From the NCBI GenBank assembly GCA_964461025.1, contig CAYWSE010000001.1, forward strand, positions 56,414 through 120,413: 64,000 nt of DNA, written 5' to 3'. Position 1 is the first letter of the stretch. The number at the start of each line of letters is the position of its first letter. The stretch is from an uncultured Sphaerobacteraceae bacterium (lineage in GTDB: Bacteria; Chloroflexota; Chloroflexia; Thermomicrobiales; UBA6265). A program made the position numbers and the translations under genes. Below are positions 26,079 to 35,108 of the stretch, one piece after another. The notes under the pieces are model-generated. The model had not been told where the DNA came from. It saw nothing but the letters and a program-made list of their open reading frames with translations, and ran no database searches.

Positions 26079-26918
26079 TTAACCCGGTGATTCAACACCG
26101 GATGCGCTGCCCGACTTCAGGTCCAGACGAATCCCGAACCATTCCTCCAGCGCCCCCAACAGCGCCGCCGGGCCCTCCAGCGCCGTCTCCTCCCGCTCGC
26201 CGTCTCGCGTCAGAATCAGCGACTCACTCGTCACCGATACTCTCCCGCCTGGCACCAGCTTCGAACAGATCACCCCTTGTGTGAAATGCGAATCCGCCGA
26301 CGTCTGATGAAACTGGCTCCGCTCTTCATAATCCACCATCGATCTTGCCCGCAAATCGAGGTCGTAGTGCATTACCCAATCCGTATCCAAAGCGCTTCGC
26401 CGTGCAATCGACCACTGCAAATCCGGATCATCCAGCCGTTCGATCCGGTACGCAATCCCCGATCGCCCATCGGCCGCGAGCTCACCCTCTGCCAGCGGCA
26501 ATGGTCCTGCTGGCGTCTCCCGGCCAAACCCCACGTCGGCCAGCCATTCGCTCCCATCCTCCGGCGCGACCACCTTCAACACCAGATGATCGAACGGCAC
26601 GATGCGCTCTCCAGCCTCCGGCATCCAGGTCGCATACCCCATCGTCACCGCGAACCCCAGTGCCTCGAGCACCGTCGCCAACAATCCGTTCTGCTCGAAA
26701 CAGAACCCGCCCCGACTCTGCCGCACCAACTTCTCAAGAATCGCCTCAGGCGTCAGCACGATCGGGCGCTTCAACAACGCGATATCGAGGTTCTCGAACG
26801 GTATCGCCAGCTGATGCAACCAGCTGATCTCCCGCAACACCGCCACACGTGGCACCAGCGGACCTGCATATCCAATACGCTCGGCATACGCCCGCAGCTC
26901 ATCCGCCCGCATCATCAT
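26079..26918 (-). CDS. arylamine N-acetyltransferase
   Basis: LHQLAIPFENLDI and RGGFCFEQNGLL (catalytic Cys context). The last 8 codons and the stop are encoded by a family C REP. Confidence 0.85.
   Translation of the reverse strand: MMMRADELRAYAERIGYAGPLVPRVAVLREISWLHQLAIPFENLDIALLKRPIVLTPEAILEKLVRQSRGGFCFEQNGLLATVLEALGFAVTMGYATWMPEAGERIVPFDHLVLKVVAPEDGSEWLADVGFGRETPAGPLPLAEGELAADGRSGIAYRIERLDDPDLQWSIARRSALDTDWVMHYDLDLRARSMVDYEERSQFHQTSADSHFTQGVICSKLVPGGRVSVTSESLILTRDGEREETALEGPAALLGALEEWFGIRLDLKSGSASGVESPG
26083..26105. repeat. REP-like hairpin, family C, copy 2 (inside the NAT 3' end)
   Basis: CCCGGTGATTCAACACCGGATGC, with one mismatch to copy 1. Confidence 0.7.
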
Positions 26919-27369
26919 TCCCGCGATCGTCGATCCACTCGCCGCGCTCCATGATCACTCGATCCTTCAGCTCCGCGACATTCCGCCATGCTTGTATCCG
27001 CACCGGCGTCAACAACCCGAACACATACGCTTCCGGTTCCGCACATGGATCGAATCCCGCTACCATGCAAAACTGACGATGTGTCGCGGCGTCGATTTCC
27101 AGCGCGCTGACAACGCGCGCCACAGCCTCGATGATCACGACATCATCCGTGGAGGGCAGGGAGATGCGGACCCGGTTCGAACGCCTCAGCGACTTGACCG
27201 TTATCGCATCCGCCCGCGTCGCGATGACAAATCGCTCGCCATCCCAGCAGAACGAAAGCGGTATCAAGTGAGCGTCGCCACTTTCTCGGCCAGTCGCCAC
27301 CCAGCAATCACGCTCCCGGTCAAACGCGGCAAGACTGTCGGCAATCCTTGCTGCACGTGTCCTGATCAT
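26899..27369 (-). CDS. pyridoxamine 5'-phosphate oxidase-family protein
   Basis: CWVATGRESGDAHLIPLSFCWDGERFVIAT...VRISLP is a PPOX-like split-barrel pattern. It overlaps the NAT start by 20 nt. Confidence 0.65.
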   Translation of the reverse strand: MIRTRAARIADSLAAFDRERDCWVATGRESGDAHLIPLSFCWDGERFVIATRADAITVKSLRRSNRVRISLPSTDDVVIIEAVARVVSALEIDAATHRQFCMVAGFDPCAEPEAYVFGLLTPVRIQAWRNVAELKDRVIMERGEWIDDRGNDDAGG

Positions 27370-27461
27370 CAGGCTCTCCTGTCCGAACGTTCGACCGTAG
27401 CCACGATGCCAGCGATTGTCCTCCTCCATACCCGCTATGCACAACCCGCGAACCAGGGACT

Positions 27462-28703
27462 ATGAGCGGCCGTTCTTCCTTCTATGGCTGGAAGATCGTC
27501 GCCGCCCTGGCCATCACAGAACCAGTCACCTGGGGCATCCTCTACTACGCCTTTTCAGTTTTCATCGAACCGACAAGCGCCGAGTTCGGCTGGAGCCGCA
27601 ATCAGCTCACCGCCGCATTCTCGATCGCTCTTGTCGCGTCCGGCATTGCAGCCGTCCCGGTCGGAAGATGGCTCGACGCCCACGGCCCACGATCGCTCAT
27701 GACGGTCGGCTCAGTCGCTGCGTCACTCCTCGTCGTCGCCTGGTCTCGGGTCGAAAGCTACCCAGTCTTCGTCCTCGTCTGGATCGGACTCGGGCTCTGT
27801 ATGGCCGCCACGTTCTACGAACCCGCCTTCGCCGCCATCACTACCTGGTTCCAAAGATATCGTTCCCGAGCTCTCACCGTCGTCACTTTCGGCGGCGGTT
27901 TCGCCAGTGTCATCTTTATCCCGCTCGCCGCCTGGCTTGTCGACCAACAGGGGTGGCGCGACGCTCTCCTCATTCTCGCCGTCATCCTCGCTGTCACCAC
28001 CATCCCCATCCACGCCATCCTGCTCCGGCGCGACCCCGCTCAGTTCGGCCAATGCCCGGATGGCGAATGCACAAGCAACGAACGAACCGCCCGTCGACGC
28101 TCAAGGGAGCCAATCGACTTCCGATCCGCCCTCCGCAGCCGCTCTTTTCGGTGGCTCTCACTCGCCTTCGGGCTCACCATGTTCGTCAATGTCGCCACCA
28201 CAGTCCTCCTGATCCCGCTCCTCATCGATCGTGGTGAATCGGCCCGATTCGCTGCGTCCGCTGCCGCTGCTATCGGACTCCTCGCGCTCCCGGGCCGTCT
28301 CATCTTCACCCCACTGGGCGACTGGCTCCCGCCCTGGACCGTTCCCGCCGCGATCTTCGTCACCCAGGCGATCGCCCTCGCCGTTCTCGCGGTCACGACA
28401 TCGCACGCCGGCGTCTGGATCTTTGTCGTCCTCTTCGGCGCTGGATTTGGAGCGATCACACCGGCACGGGCCACACTCGTTGCCGATCTCTACGGCACCG
28501 TCGCGTTCGCCTCGATCAGCGGCGTTCTCGCCCTCATCGTCGCCTTTTCGCGCGCTGCTGGTCCCATTGGCGGCAGTCTCATCGAATCGGCCACCACCGG
28601 TGACCGCCCATTCCTCCTGATCCTCGCCACGCTTTCCCTCGCCGCCGCTGCCGCTGTCTACCTCGCGACACGCGACCCGGACCTCGTAGTCCGTAGTCCG
28701 TAG
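27462..28703 (+). CDS. MFS transporter
   Basis: About 12 hydrophobic helices and the loop motif PVGRWLDAHGPR. Confidence 0.85.
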   Translation: MSGRSSFYGWKIVAALAITEPVTWGILYYAFSVFIEPTSAEFGWSRNQLTAAFSIALVASGIAAVPVGRWLDAHGPRSLMTVGSVAASLLVVAWSRVESYPVFVLVWIGLGLCMAATFYEPAFAAITTWFQRYRSRALTVVTFGGGFASVIFIPLAAWLVDQQGWRDALLILAVILAVTTIPIHAILLRRDPAQFGQCPDGECTSNERTARRRSREPIDFRSALRSRSFRWLSLAFGLTMFVNVATTVLLIPLLIDRGESARFAASAAAAIGLLALPGRLIFTPLGDWLPPWTVPAAIFVTQAIALAVLAVTTSHAGVWIFVVLFGAGFGAITPARATLVADLYGTVAFASISGVLALIVAFSRAAGPIGGSLIESATTGDRPFLLILATLSLAAAAAVYLATRDPDLVVRSP

Positions 28704-28747
28704 TCCTTCATTAACCATTAACCATCTACCACCCACCATCCACAAAT
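28685..28747. repeat. composite heptamer array, 9 units (CGTAGTC x3 then CACCATC-type)
   Basis: The units read cgtagtc cgtagtc cgtagtc cttcatt aaccatt aaccatc taccacc caccatc cacaaat. The first units encode the last MFS codons and its TAG stop. Confidence 0.85.
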
Positions 28748-28816
28748 AAGTGAATAATGGACACGACCAGCAGCAGCGATGCCGCCGGTCCATCGAAAGC
28801 GGAACTGGAGGTCTCG

Positions 28817-29623
28817 ATGACTTTGCACTATGGACGTTTCGGGTGGCACGATCTGAACACGAACGACATCGACAGCAGCGCTTCCTTCTATTCACAACTC
28901 TTTGGCTGGACTGTCGATCGGGAACCACGACCCAACAACTACCGTGGTCTTGGCAATGACCAGAGCGAATTCGGCGGCATCTTTCCCTGGCCGCCCGACG
29001 TGCAAGGCATGCCAACCCAATGGACCGGCTATGTGTTGGTCGAGAGCGTCGTCCAATCTGCCAGGCGCGCCCGTGAGCTGGGCGGACAAACGCCCTTCGA
29101 CTCGATGCCCATTCCCGGCATTGGCACGCTGGGCGTCGTCTTCGATCCCACCGGTGCCCCGGTCACGATTTTCACTCCACTCGAGATCACCGACGACTGG
29201 AATCTGGGATCAGGCGGAACGGGATCCGCAGTCCTCTGGAACGAGCTGATCACCACCGACCTTGCCGCCTCCGTTGCTTTCCACGCCGAGCTGTTCGGTT
29301 GGGAAGTCGATCAGGCCACGGTCGACGCCGGCGGCTATGTCGTCACCTTCCGCGGAGACCAGCCCGCTGCGGCGATCTTTGCGCCACCCTCGAGCCCTCC
29401 CGTCAGCGCCTGGATCACGTATTTCGACACACTCGACATCCGCGCCACGGTCTCCCTCGCCGAATCACTTGGCGCTACAGTCATTCATCCGGTCACCGAG
29501 ATCAGCGGCGTCGGTCTCACCGCCTGGGTCAACGACCCACTCGGCGCCACATTCGGCCTCATGCAACCCGAGACGGGCTGGTACAGTCGTCTCCTCACGC
29601 ACGATCAGAAAGGGAAATCATGA
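28817..29623 (+). CDS. two-domain VOC/glyoxalase-family protein
   Basis: Repeated FGWHDL...FYSQLFGW and ELITTD...FHAELFGW modules. ATG 28817 has GGAGG 6 nt upstream. ATG 28757 is an alternative start. Confidence 0.7.
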   Translation: MTLHYGRFGWHDLNTNDIDSSASFYSQLFGWTVDREPRPNNYRGLGNDQSEFGGIFPWPPDVQGMPTQWTGYVLVESVVQSARRARELGGQTPFDSMPIPGIGTLGVVFDPTGAPVTIFTPLEITDDWNLGSGGTGSAVLWNELITTDLAASVAFHAELFGWEVDQATVDAGGYVVTFRGDQPAAAIFAPPSSPPVSAWITYFDTLDIRATVSLAESLGATVIHPVTEISGVGLTAWVNDPLGATFGLMQPETGWYSRLLTHDQKGKS

Positions 29624-30051
29624 TCACCATCGACACAACCACAGCATTCGGCGCCCGCGTACAGCAGCACCTCGATGCCGATCAGGTCATCTGGCTCGTC
29701 ACAGTCGATGGCGCCGGCACGCCCCAACCAAGTCCTGTCTGGTTTCTGCCCTACACCAGCGGCATTCTCATCTACAGCCAGCCAAACACGGCCAAACTCC
29801 GCAACATCGAGCGAAATGCCCGAGTCGCACTCCATTTCGACAGCGATGAATACGGCAACGATGTCGTCATCATCACCGGCGTCGCCTCGATCGATCGTTC
29901 GCTGCCCGCTGCAGTGGAAATACCCGCCTACCTCGAAAAGTACGGAGACGGCATCAAGAGCATCGACATGACGAATCAGTCTTTCTCCGACGAATTCAGT
30001 GTAGCGATTCTGGTCGACCTGCAGACGCTGCGCGGCCACTACTCCACGTAG
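29620..30051 (+). CDS. PPOX-class (possibly F420-dependent) oxidoreductase-family protein
   Basis: ATGA overlap with the upstream stop. VIWLVTVDGAGTPQPSPVWFL...ARVALHFD. Confidence 0.72.
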   Translation: MITIDTTTAFGARVQQHLDADQVIWLVTVDGAGTPQPSPVWFLPYTSGILIYSQPNTAKLRNIERNARVALHFDSDEYGNDVVIITGVASIDRSLPAAVEIPAYLEKYGDGIKSIDMTNQSFSDEFSVAILVDLQTLRGHYST

Positions 30052-30214
30052 CAACGAACTCTCGAGAAGGCGGATCGTGCACTTGCGCGAATCGGGAGAA
30101 GCGCGGCATCAGCACGTCCTCGTCCGAATTGCGTTTCCATAATCACCATTCATGGTGCGCCGTGATTCCTCATGTGGGATACTGTCTGGCTGTGTTTTGG
30201 ATTGCATCGTGACA

Positions 30215-31135
30215 ATGCCGTCCACCTGCAGAGGAAACGTGACGAATCAACTCGCCTACACACCGCTTCCCGAAGACATCGAGCTCGCCGACCTGATGAT
30301 CCAGCTTCAGCAATGCCGGCATCAGCTCGCACGGCGCGAACAGGAGCGTTCCGAGCTGGAGCTCGCGCTTGGCCAATTCGCCAATCAGGTCAAATCCCGC
30401 GTCGGCGACATGAAAGACGAAATCCGCGCCCACCGGACTCACCTCGAACAGATTCGCGAACGTCTCCAGCGACTCAAGGATGACCCGGAAGCGGCGCCGG
30501 CAGATGTCGAAAAAAGCCTGGACGAAGAAGCAGAGGAGTTTGCTGAACCCGAACCCGAGACCGGTTTCCGCGGCCGTCCCGATGGCCCTCCGGGCGGTTC
30601 GTTTCAGAATGGCTCGAGCATTTCACGCTCTGCCATGGACGAAATCATTCGGATATACCGGCTGCTCGCCAAGCGTCATCATCCCGATCTCGCCACCACA
30701 CCGGAAGAACGCGAGCGTCGCACCGAACTCATGTTGCGCATCAACATGGCCTACCGCGACCACAATCTCGCTGTCCTGCAATCGCTCCTCCTCGAAGTGC
30801 ACAACGATCTCCCCCTGACCCAAATCGATCTGACCCGCCAGCGCATCTCCTGGACTCGCCATGAGATCACCCGCGTGCAGAAGGAGGTCCGCCTCACCGA
30901 ACGGCGCATCAACGCCCTGCTGATGTCGGAGACCTACACACTCTGGCGAGCGGAAGTCGAAAGCCAGACGGCGCTCGACGATCTCGAACGCCGCACCCGC
31001 GAACGACTGCAGCGAGAACGCGCCCGCCTCGACGAAGCGTCGTCGCAATACGCTCGCGTTGCCGCCCGCCGCCAGGTCATGCTGCGCCGCGCCGCTTCGC
31101 GGACCACGGCAGGCTCAGCCGCCGGAAGCGACTGA
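30215..31135 (+). CDS. J-domain protein with coiled-coil regions
   Basis: IYRLLAKRHHPDLATTPEERERRTELMLRINMAY is a J-domain with an HPD motif. It is flanked by heptad-like charged segments. The start is uncertain (30152, 30215 or later). Confidence 0.62.
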   Translation: MPSTCRGNVTNQLAYTPLPEDIELADLMIQLQQCRHQLARREQERSELELALGQFANQVKSRVGDMKDEIRAHRTHLEQIRERLQRLKDDPEAAPADVEKSLDEEAEEFAEPEPETGFRGRPDGPPGGSFQNGSSISRSAMDEIIRIYRLLAKRHHPDLATTPEERERRTELMLRINMAYRDHNLAVLQSLLLEVHNDLPLTQIDLTRQRISWTRHEITRVQKEVRLTERRINALLMSETYTLWRAEVESQTALDDLERRTRERLQRERARLDEASSQYARVAARRQVMLRRAASRTTAGSAAGSD

Positions 31136-31168
31136 CGACAATCCATTTGGCAAGAGGATGCTGGCACG

Positions 31169-31912
31169 ATGACATCACATGAACTGCTCTTGCTCAGCAG
31201 CTCCGTTGTTCATGGCGGGTCTTACCTCGAATACGCGAAGAACGAAATCTCCGAATTCTTCGTTTCTCATCGAAGCCTGATCTTCGTGCCGTTCGCCAGC
31301 CACGATCATTCCGCGTATACGACGCGTGTCGCCGCTGCCTTTGCGGACATGAATATCGCTGTTGCTGGCCTGCACACGTTCGACGATCCCCTGGCGGCAA
31401 TTGAGCATGCGGGTGCGCTCTTCGTTGGGGGAGGGAATACCTTTCGGCTCCTCGACTCGATGCAGAAACTGCGGCTCAACGCGCCGATTCGGCAACGCGT
31501 CGAATCTGGCCAGTTACGGTATATGGGCGCCAGCGCCGGTTCGAATCTTGCCTGCCCGACGATCCGGACGACAAACGACATGCCGATTGTGCAGCCGCCT
31601 ACCTTCGATGCGCTCGGTCTCGTTCCATTCCAGATAAATCCTCATTACGTTGATCCGGATCCTGACACAACGCACATGGGAGAAACGCGCGAGATGCGAT
31701 TGACCGAGTTCCTGCAGGAAAATGACGTCTCCGTTCTCGGTCTGCGCGAAGGCGCCTGGCTTCGCCGTACAGGGAATCAACTGATGCTGGGCGGCACAAC
31801 CGGCGCCCGGCTCTTGCAGCGAGGCCGGGAACCGGTCGAGTACGACAAAGGAGCCGACCTTTCGCATCTGCTTGCAACCGCACCCAAGTTCGACTCGCCA
31901 ATCAGCGCATAA
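31169..31912 (+). CDS. pepE: dipeptidase E (peptidase S51)
   Basis: LFVGGGNTFRLL, YMGASAGSNLACP and QINPHY. Confidence 0.85.
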   Translation: MTSHELLLLSSSVVHGGSYLEYAKNEISEFFVSHRSLIFVPFASHDHSAYTTRVAAAFADMNIAVAGLHTFDDPLAAIEHAGALFVGGGNTFRLLDSMQKLRLNAPIRQRVESGQLRYMGASAGSNLACPTIRTTNDMPIVQPPTFDALGLVPFQINPHYVDPDPDTTHMGETREMRLTEFLQENDVSVLGLREGAWLRRTGNQLMLGGTTGARLLQRGREPVEYDKGADLSHLLATAPKFDSPISA

Positions 31913-31932
31913 TCGATGACCTTCGCACGTCC

Positions 31933-32262
31933 TCACTTCGGCGGAAGAGCGCTGGCATACGAAACACCCTGGTTCACCCAGCTTGTCAGGTCGCCGTCGT
32001 CGAGCACGGCCTCGTCGACCCATACCCATCCCCACATCTGCCGTCTGCTGTTTTCCATGATCCGCACGCCAGGACGGGCGAGCGCGGCGTCGCAACCGTC
32101 CGGGCCAACGCGGACGAGCAGCCGCCCCGTCGGCGAGCCAATCGCCAGATTCCCGTTGATCAGAAAGGCGTCGCCGCCAAACATGCGGCGCTCGTCGAGA
32201 CCAGGGACGTCGCTGATGATCTCGCGGACGCGTTCGGTGAGATTGCTCGACGTCGCCGCCAT
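31933..32262 (-). CDS. TfoX N-terminal domain protein
   Basis: ERRMFGGDAFLINGNLAIG. Confidence 0.62.
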   Translation of the reverse strand: MAATSSNLTERVREIISDVPGLDERRMFGGDAFLINGNLAIGSPTGRLLVRVGPDGCDAALARPGVRIMENSRRQMWGWVWVDEAVLDDGDLTSWVNQGVSYASALPPK

Positions 32263-32353
32263 GGGCGTAGCCTCTTCTTCACCTATCGGCATGCCACACG
32301 CTTCCATGGCGCCCCTGCTGGCTCCCCGTGGTCGCGCGCGCCGTCGACCGCCG

Positions 32354-33151
32354 TCACTCCCAACGCTTCTGGAATCTCTCGGTGACCGTCATGTTCAGCT
32401 GCCGAGCGGTCAATCCACCATCGACTACCATGGCATGCCCGGTCATGAACGTCGACTCGTCACTGGCCAGAAAGACCGCTGCCGCGGCGATGTCGGCCAC
32501 CCGGCCAAGACGGTTGACGGCGGTGTGAGAGCGAAGCAATGTGAGCGATTCGTTGTCCGGATCGTCGTACTCACCACCACTCAGAATCGTGCCGGGGCAG
32601 AGCGCGTTCACCCGAATCCCATGGACTCCCAGTTCCAGCGCCGCGGATTTCGACAGATTGATGACACCCGCCTTCGCCGCGCCGTAGGGAGAGAGTCCGG
32701 CCTGGCCACGCAGTCCGTTCGTCGATCCGATATTGATGATCGACCCTCCTTCTCCCTGCGCCATCATCAACCTCGCGGCAATCTGAGCACAATAGAAGGT
32801 GCCGGTCAGATTCAGCCTGATCTCCTGATCCCACAGTCCCTCGGAAATATCGAGAAATGCTGCTCCCTGCCCGCCACCTGCATTGTTCACCACAACATCG
32901 ACCCGGCCCCATCGCTCCACCACCTGATCGAACATCGCCTGGCATGCGGCAAAAGAGGTAACGTCCGTGGTGCTGCCACCGGCGCAATCTGGCTGACCGA
33001 ACTGCTCGAGCGTGGCGGCGACGCTCGCCGCCGCGATGTCGCATATCCAGACTCGGGCGCCCTCTGCCAGAAACCGTTCCGCGATTCCTCTTCCGATTCC
33101 CCGCCCGGCGCCGGTAACAACGCACACACGGTCCTGCAGTGCCGCCATCAA
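32354..33151 (-). CDS. SDR-family oxidoreductase
   Basis: VCVVTGAGRGIGRGIA, NNAG and SPYGAAKAG (YxxxK). Confidence 0.87.
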   Translation of the reverse strand: MMAALQDRVCVVTGAGRGIGRGIAERFLAEGARVWICDIAAASVAATLEQFGQPDCAGGSTTDVTSFAACQAMFDQVVERWGRVDVVVNNAGGGQGAAFLDISEGLWDQEIRLNLTGTFYCAQIAARLMMAQGEGGSIINIGSTNGLRGQAGLSPYGAAKAGVINLSKSAALELGVHGIRVNALCPGTILSGGEYDDPDNESLTLLRSHTAVNRLGRVADIAAAAVFLASDESTFMTGHAMVVDGGLTARQLNMTVTERFQKRWE

Positions 33152-33179
33152 TCCCTCCCAAATGCAAAAAAGACAACTG

Positions 33180-34118
33180 CTAGAACATGGCCGTGCGGCC
33201 CGAGTACAGATAGTCTCGGGGCATCATGACACGCATCACGTGCGGACCGGGAGTGTTCGGCAAGACCTGGCACGCGCGGCCATCGGCGACCTGGGTTGCC
33301 ACGAAAAATGCCTCGGTCAGATCGGCGTACCCGAACTCGTCACAGAGCCAATAGCAGAGATCACGCACAGCGAGATTGAGTGCATCCTCCAAGTGTGTTG
33401 ACGACGCGATCACACCGATTGAATCTGGCGCCTCGATTCGCGGCCAGGTCATCCGCTCCGGCTTTCCCTTTCGGAGCGTCAGCGTCAGCGTCGTCTCTGC
33501 CCGGATTTCGATTCCGCCACCGCAGAACTCGCCATCCGCCTGTGCTGCATGAGCATCACCGATGTAAAAGTGCGCCCCCGTCACCCCAACCGGAAAGAGA
33601 AGCGTGTTCCCAGGCTTCGACTCGGGACAATCCATGTTTCCGCCCCACGGACTCGGATCGCCATGGCGTCCCGACTCCAGCGGAGGCGTGCACCCAAGGC
33701 AACCGATCATTGGGCGAACGGGAAACCGAATCCGGTCGTTGTAGTGAACCCACCCATCCCGGATATCGACAAACGTCGTCACCGGCTCGTCGAACCAATC
33801 GGGCTGCAGAAATGGCCACGTTCCAGTGAAGCCGGTCGAATCAGGAACGATCTCGTGAATGGTCACCGCCAGCACATCGCCCGGCTCGGCGCCGACCACT
33901 TCGATCGGGCCAGTCAGAGGCCCCGGAAACTTGCCCGCGTCCCGGTTCCGCCGAAACTCCGTGAGTCCAGCCGGCGTTGCCTGATCGGGATTCCGGACCT
34001 GCCCGGAGCGCGTATCCTCGGTTTCGATTACGATCGTCTCGCCCGATGCGATCGTCAAAATCGGCGCCGAAGGTTTCCGCAGGTCGTAGCCAAACTCTTC
34101 CAGTCTGATCCGTTTCAC
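33180..34118 (-). CDS. acetamidase/formamidase-family protein
   Basis: LTIASGETIVIETED, LTGPIEVVGAEPGDVLAV and GGNMDC. GTG 34118 is preceded by GGGGGA. Confidence 0.75.
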   Translation of the reverse strand: MKRIRLEEFGYDLRKPSAPILTIASGETIVIETEDTRSGQVRNPDQATPAGLTEFRRNRDAGKFPGPLTGPIEVVGAEPGDVLAVTIHEIVPDSTGFTGTWPFLQPDWFDEPVTTFVDIRDGWVHYNDRIRFPVRPMIGCLGCTPPLESGRHGDPSPWGGNMDCPESKPGNTLLFPVGVTGAHFYIGDAHAAQADGEFCGGGIEIRAETTLTLTLRKGKPERMTWPRIEAPDSIGVIASSTHLEDALNLAVRDLCYWLCDEFGYADLTEAFFVATQVADGRACQVLPNTPGPHVMRVMMPRDYLYSGRTAMF

Positions 34119-34162
34119 ATCTTTCCCCCAGGACTTTGTCGACTGATCGCCGAATTCGCCGA

Positions 34163-35074
34163 TCAATGAACCTCCCCGAGCGCGTTCCTCAGGTAGTCCA
34201 CCGAGAGCCGCTCCGGATCGTCTCCCTCCCATCTCGGTTCACCAAAGTGTTCCGGCCCGACCACACCTGCGTATCCGGCGGCGTCCAGGGCAGCCAGCGC
34301 CGCGATCAGATCGACTTCCCCATCGCCCGGCAAGACCTCTTCCGCCCTGGGCCACCGACCCGTCACATCTCGTAGCTGGGCGTGATGGACTCGCCCACGG
34401 AACTCGCTCGCCGCGGCTCGCACATCAGCTCCCATAATGTGCATGCCTGTGCAGAAGCACAGACCGTTGTGCGTGCTCGGGACCGCTTCCAGCAATCGCC
34501 GCGCATCATCGAGAGACGACAGGAGATACGGCCCATCCCACGCATCGCGCCGAAATGCGTGGTACTCCTCCATCCGCAACCCTTCTTTGAGAGCAGGGGT
34601 TCTCACCGCAGGTGGCAGACACCGCCATACAGGGTGACTGGCAATCCGTACATCAGTCGCCTCAGCCTCGTTCGCCATTTCACGCATAAACGCGAATAGC
34701 CCCTCCCAGTACCGGACCACATCGTCAGCATCCTCCGGATGGGGGAAATGCTGGTAATACAGCAACGTCCCAATCCCCGCCGTGCCCAGGGCCTCAAGTG
34801 TCTGGAGCTGCGCGTCAATCGCCTTCCGGTGACCAGCGGGATCGATCAGCAATCCGGGATTTCTCCCCGTCGCCCCATTTGCTGAATCGATCGCAATCCC
34901 TTCCGCCGCCAATGCGGAGCGCATCTCGCGAAGCACCGCCAGAGACGGCACACCCTCCTCCTGATAGCCGGGGATCGAATCGAGAAGGATGCAGACGTTC
35001 TGTAGATTGAGATTCCGGCAGCGCTCGATAATTGCGGGGACATCAGTGTCGTACACATAGAGCACGATCTTCAT
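34163..35074 (-). CDS. sugar phosphate isomerase/epimerase (xylose isomerase-like TIM barrel)
   Basis: The length, the alternating beta/alpha pattern and the C-terminal GPEH/E motif are typical of the family. This assignment comes from overall resemblance only. Confidence 0.65.
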   Translation of the reverse strand: MKIVLYVYDTDVPAIIERCRNLNLQNVCILLDSIPGYQEEGVPSLAVLREMRSALAAEGIAIDSANGATGRNPGLLIDPAGHRKAIDAQLQTLEALGTAGIGTLLYYQHFPHPEDADDVVRYWEGLFAFMREMANEAEATDVRIASHPVWRCLPPAVRTPALKEGLRMEEYHAFRRDAWDGPYLLSSLDDARRLLEAVPSTHNGLCFCTGMHIMGADVRAAASEFRGRVHHAQLRDVTGRWPRAEEVLPGDGEVDLIAALAALDAAGYAGVVGPEHFGEPRWEGDDPERLSVDYLRNALGEVH

Positions 35075-35108
35075 AAACTGCCGTTCCTTCCCAAGCTCTC
35101 CACGAATC

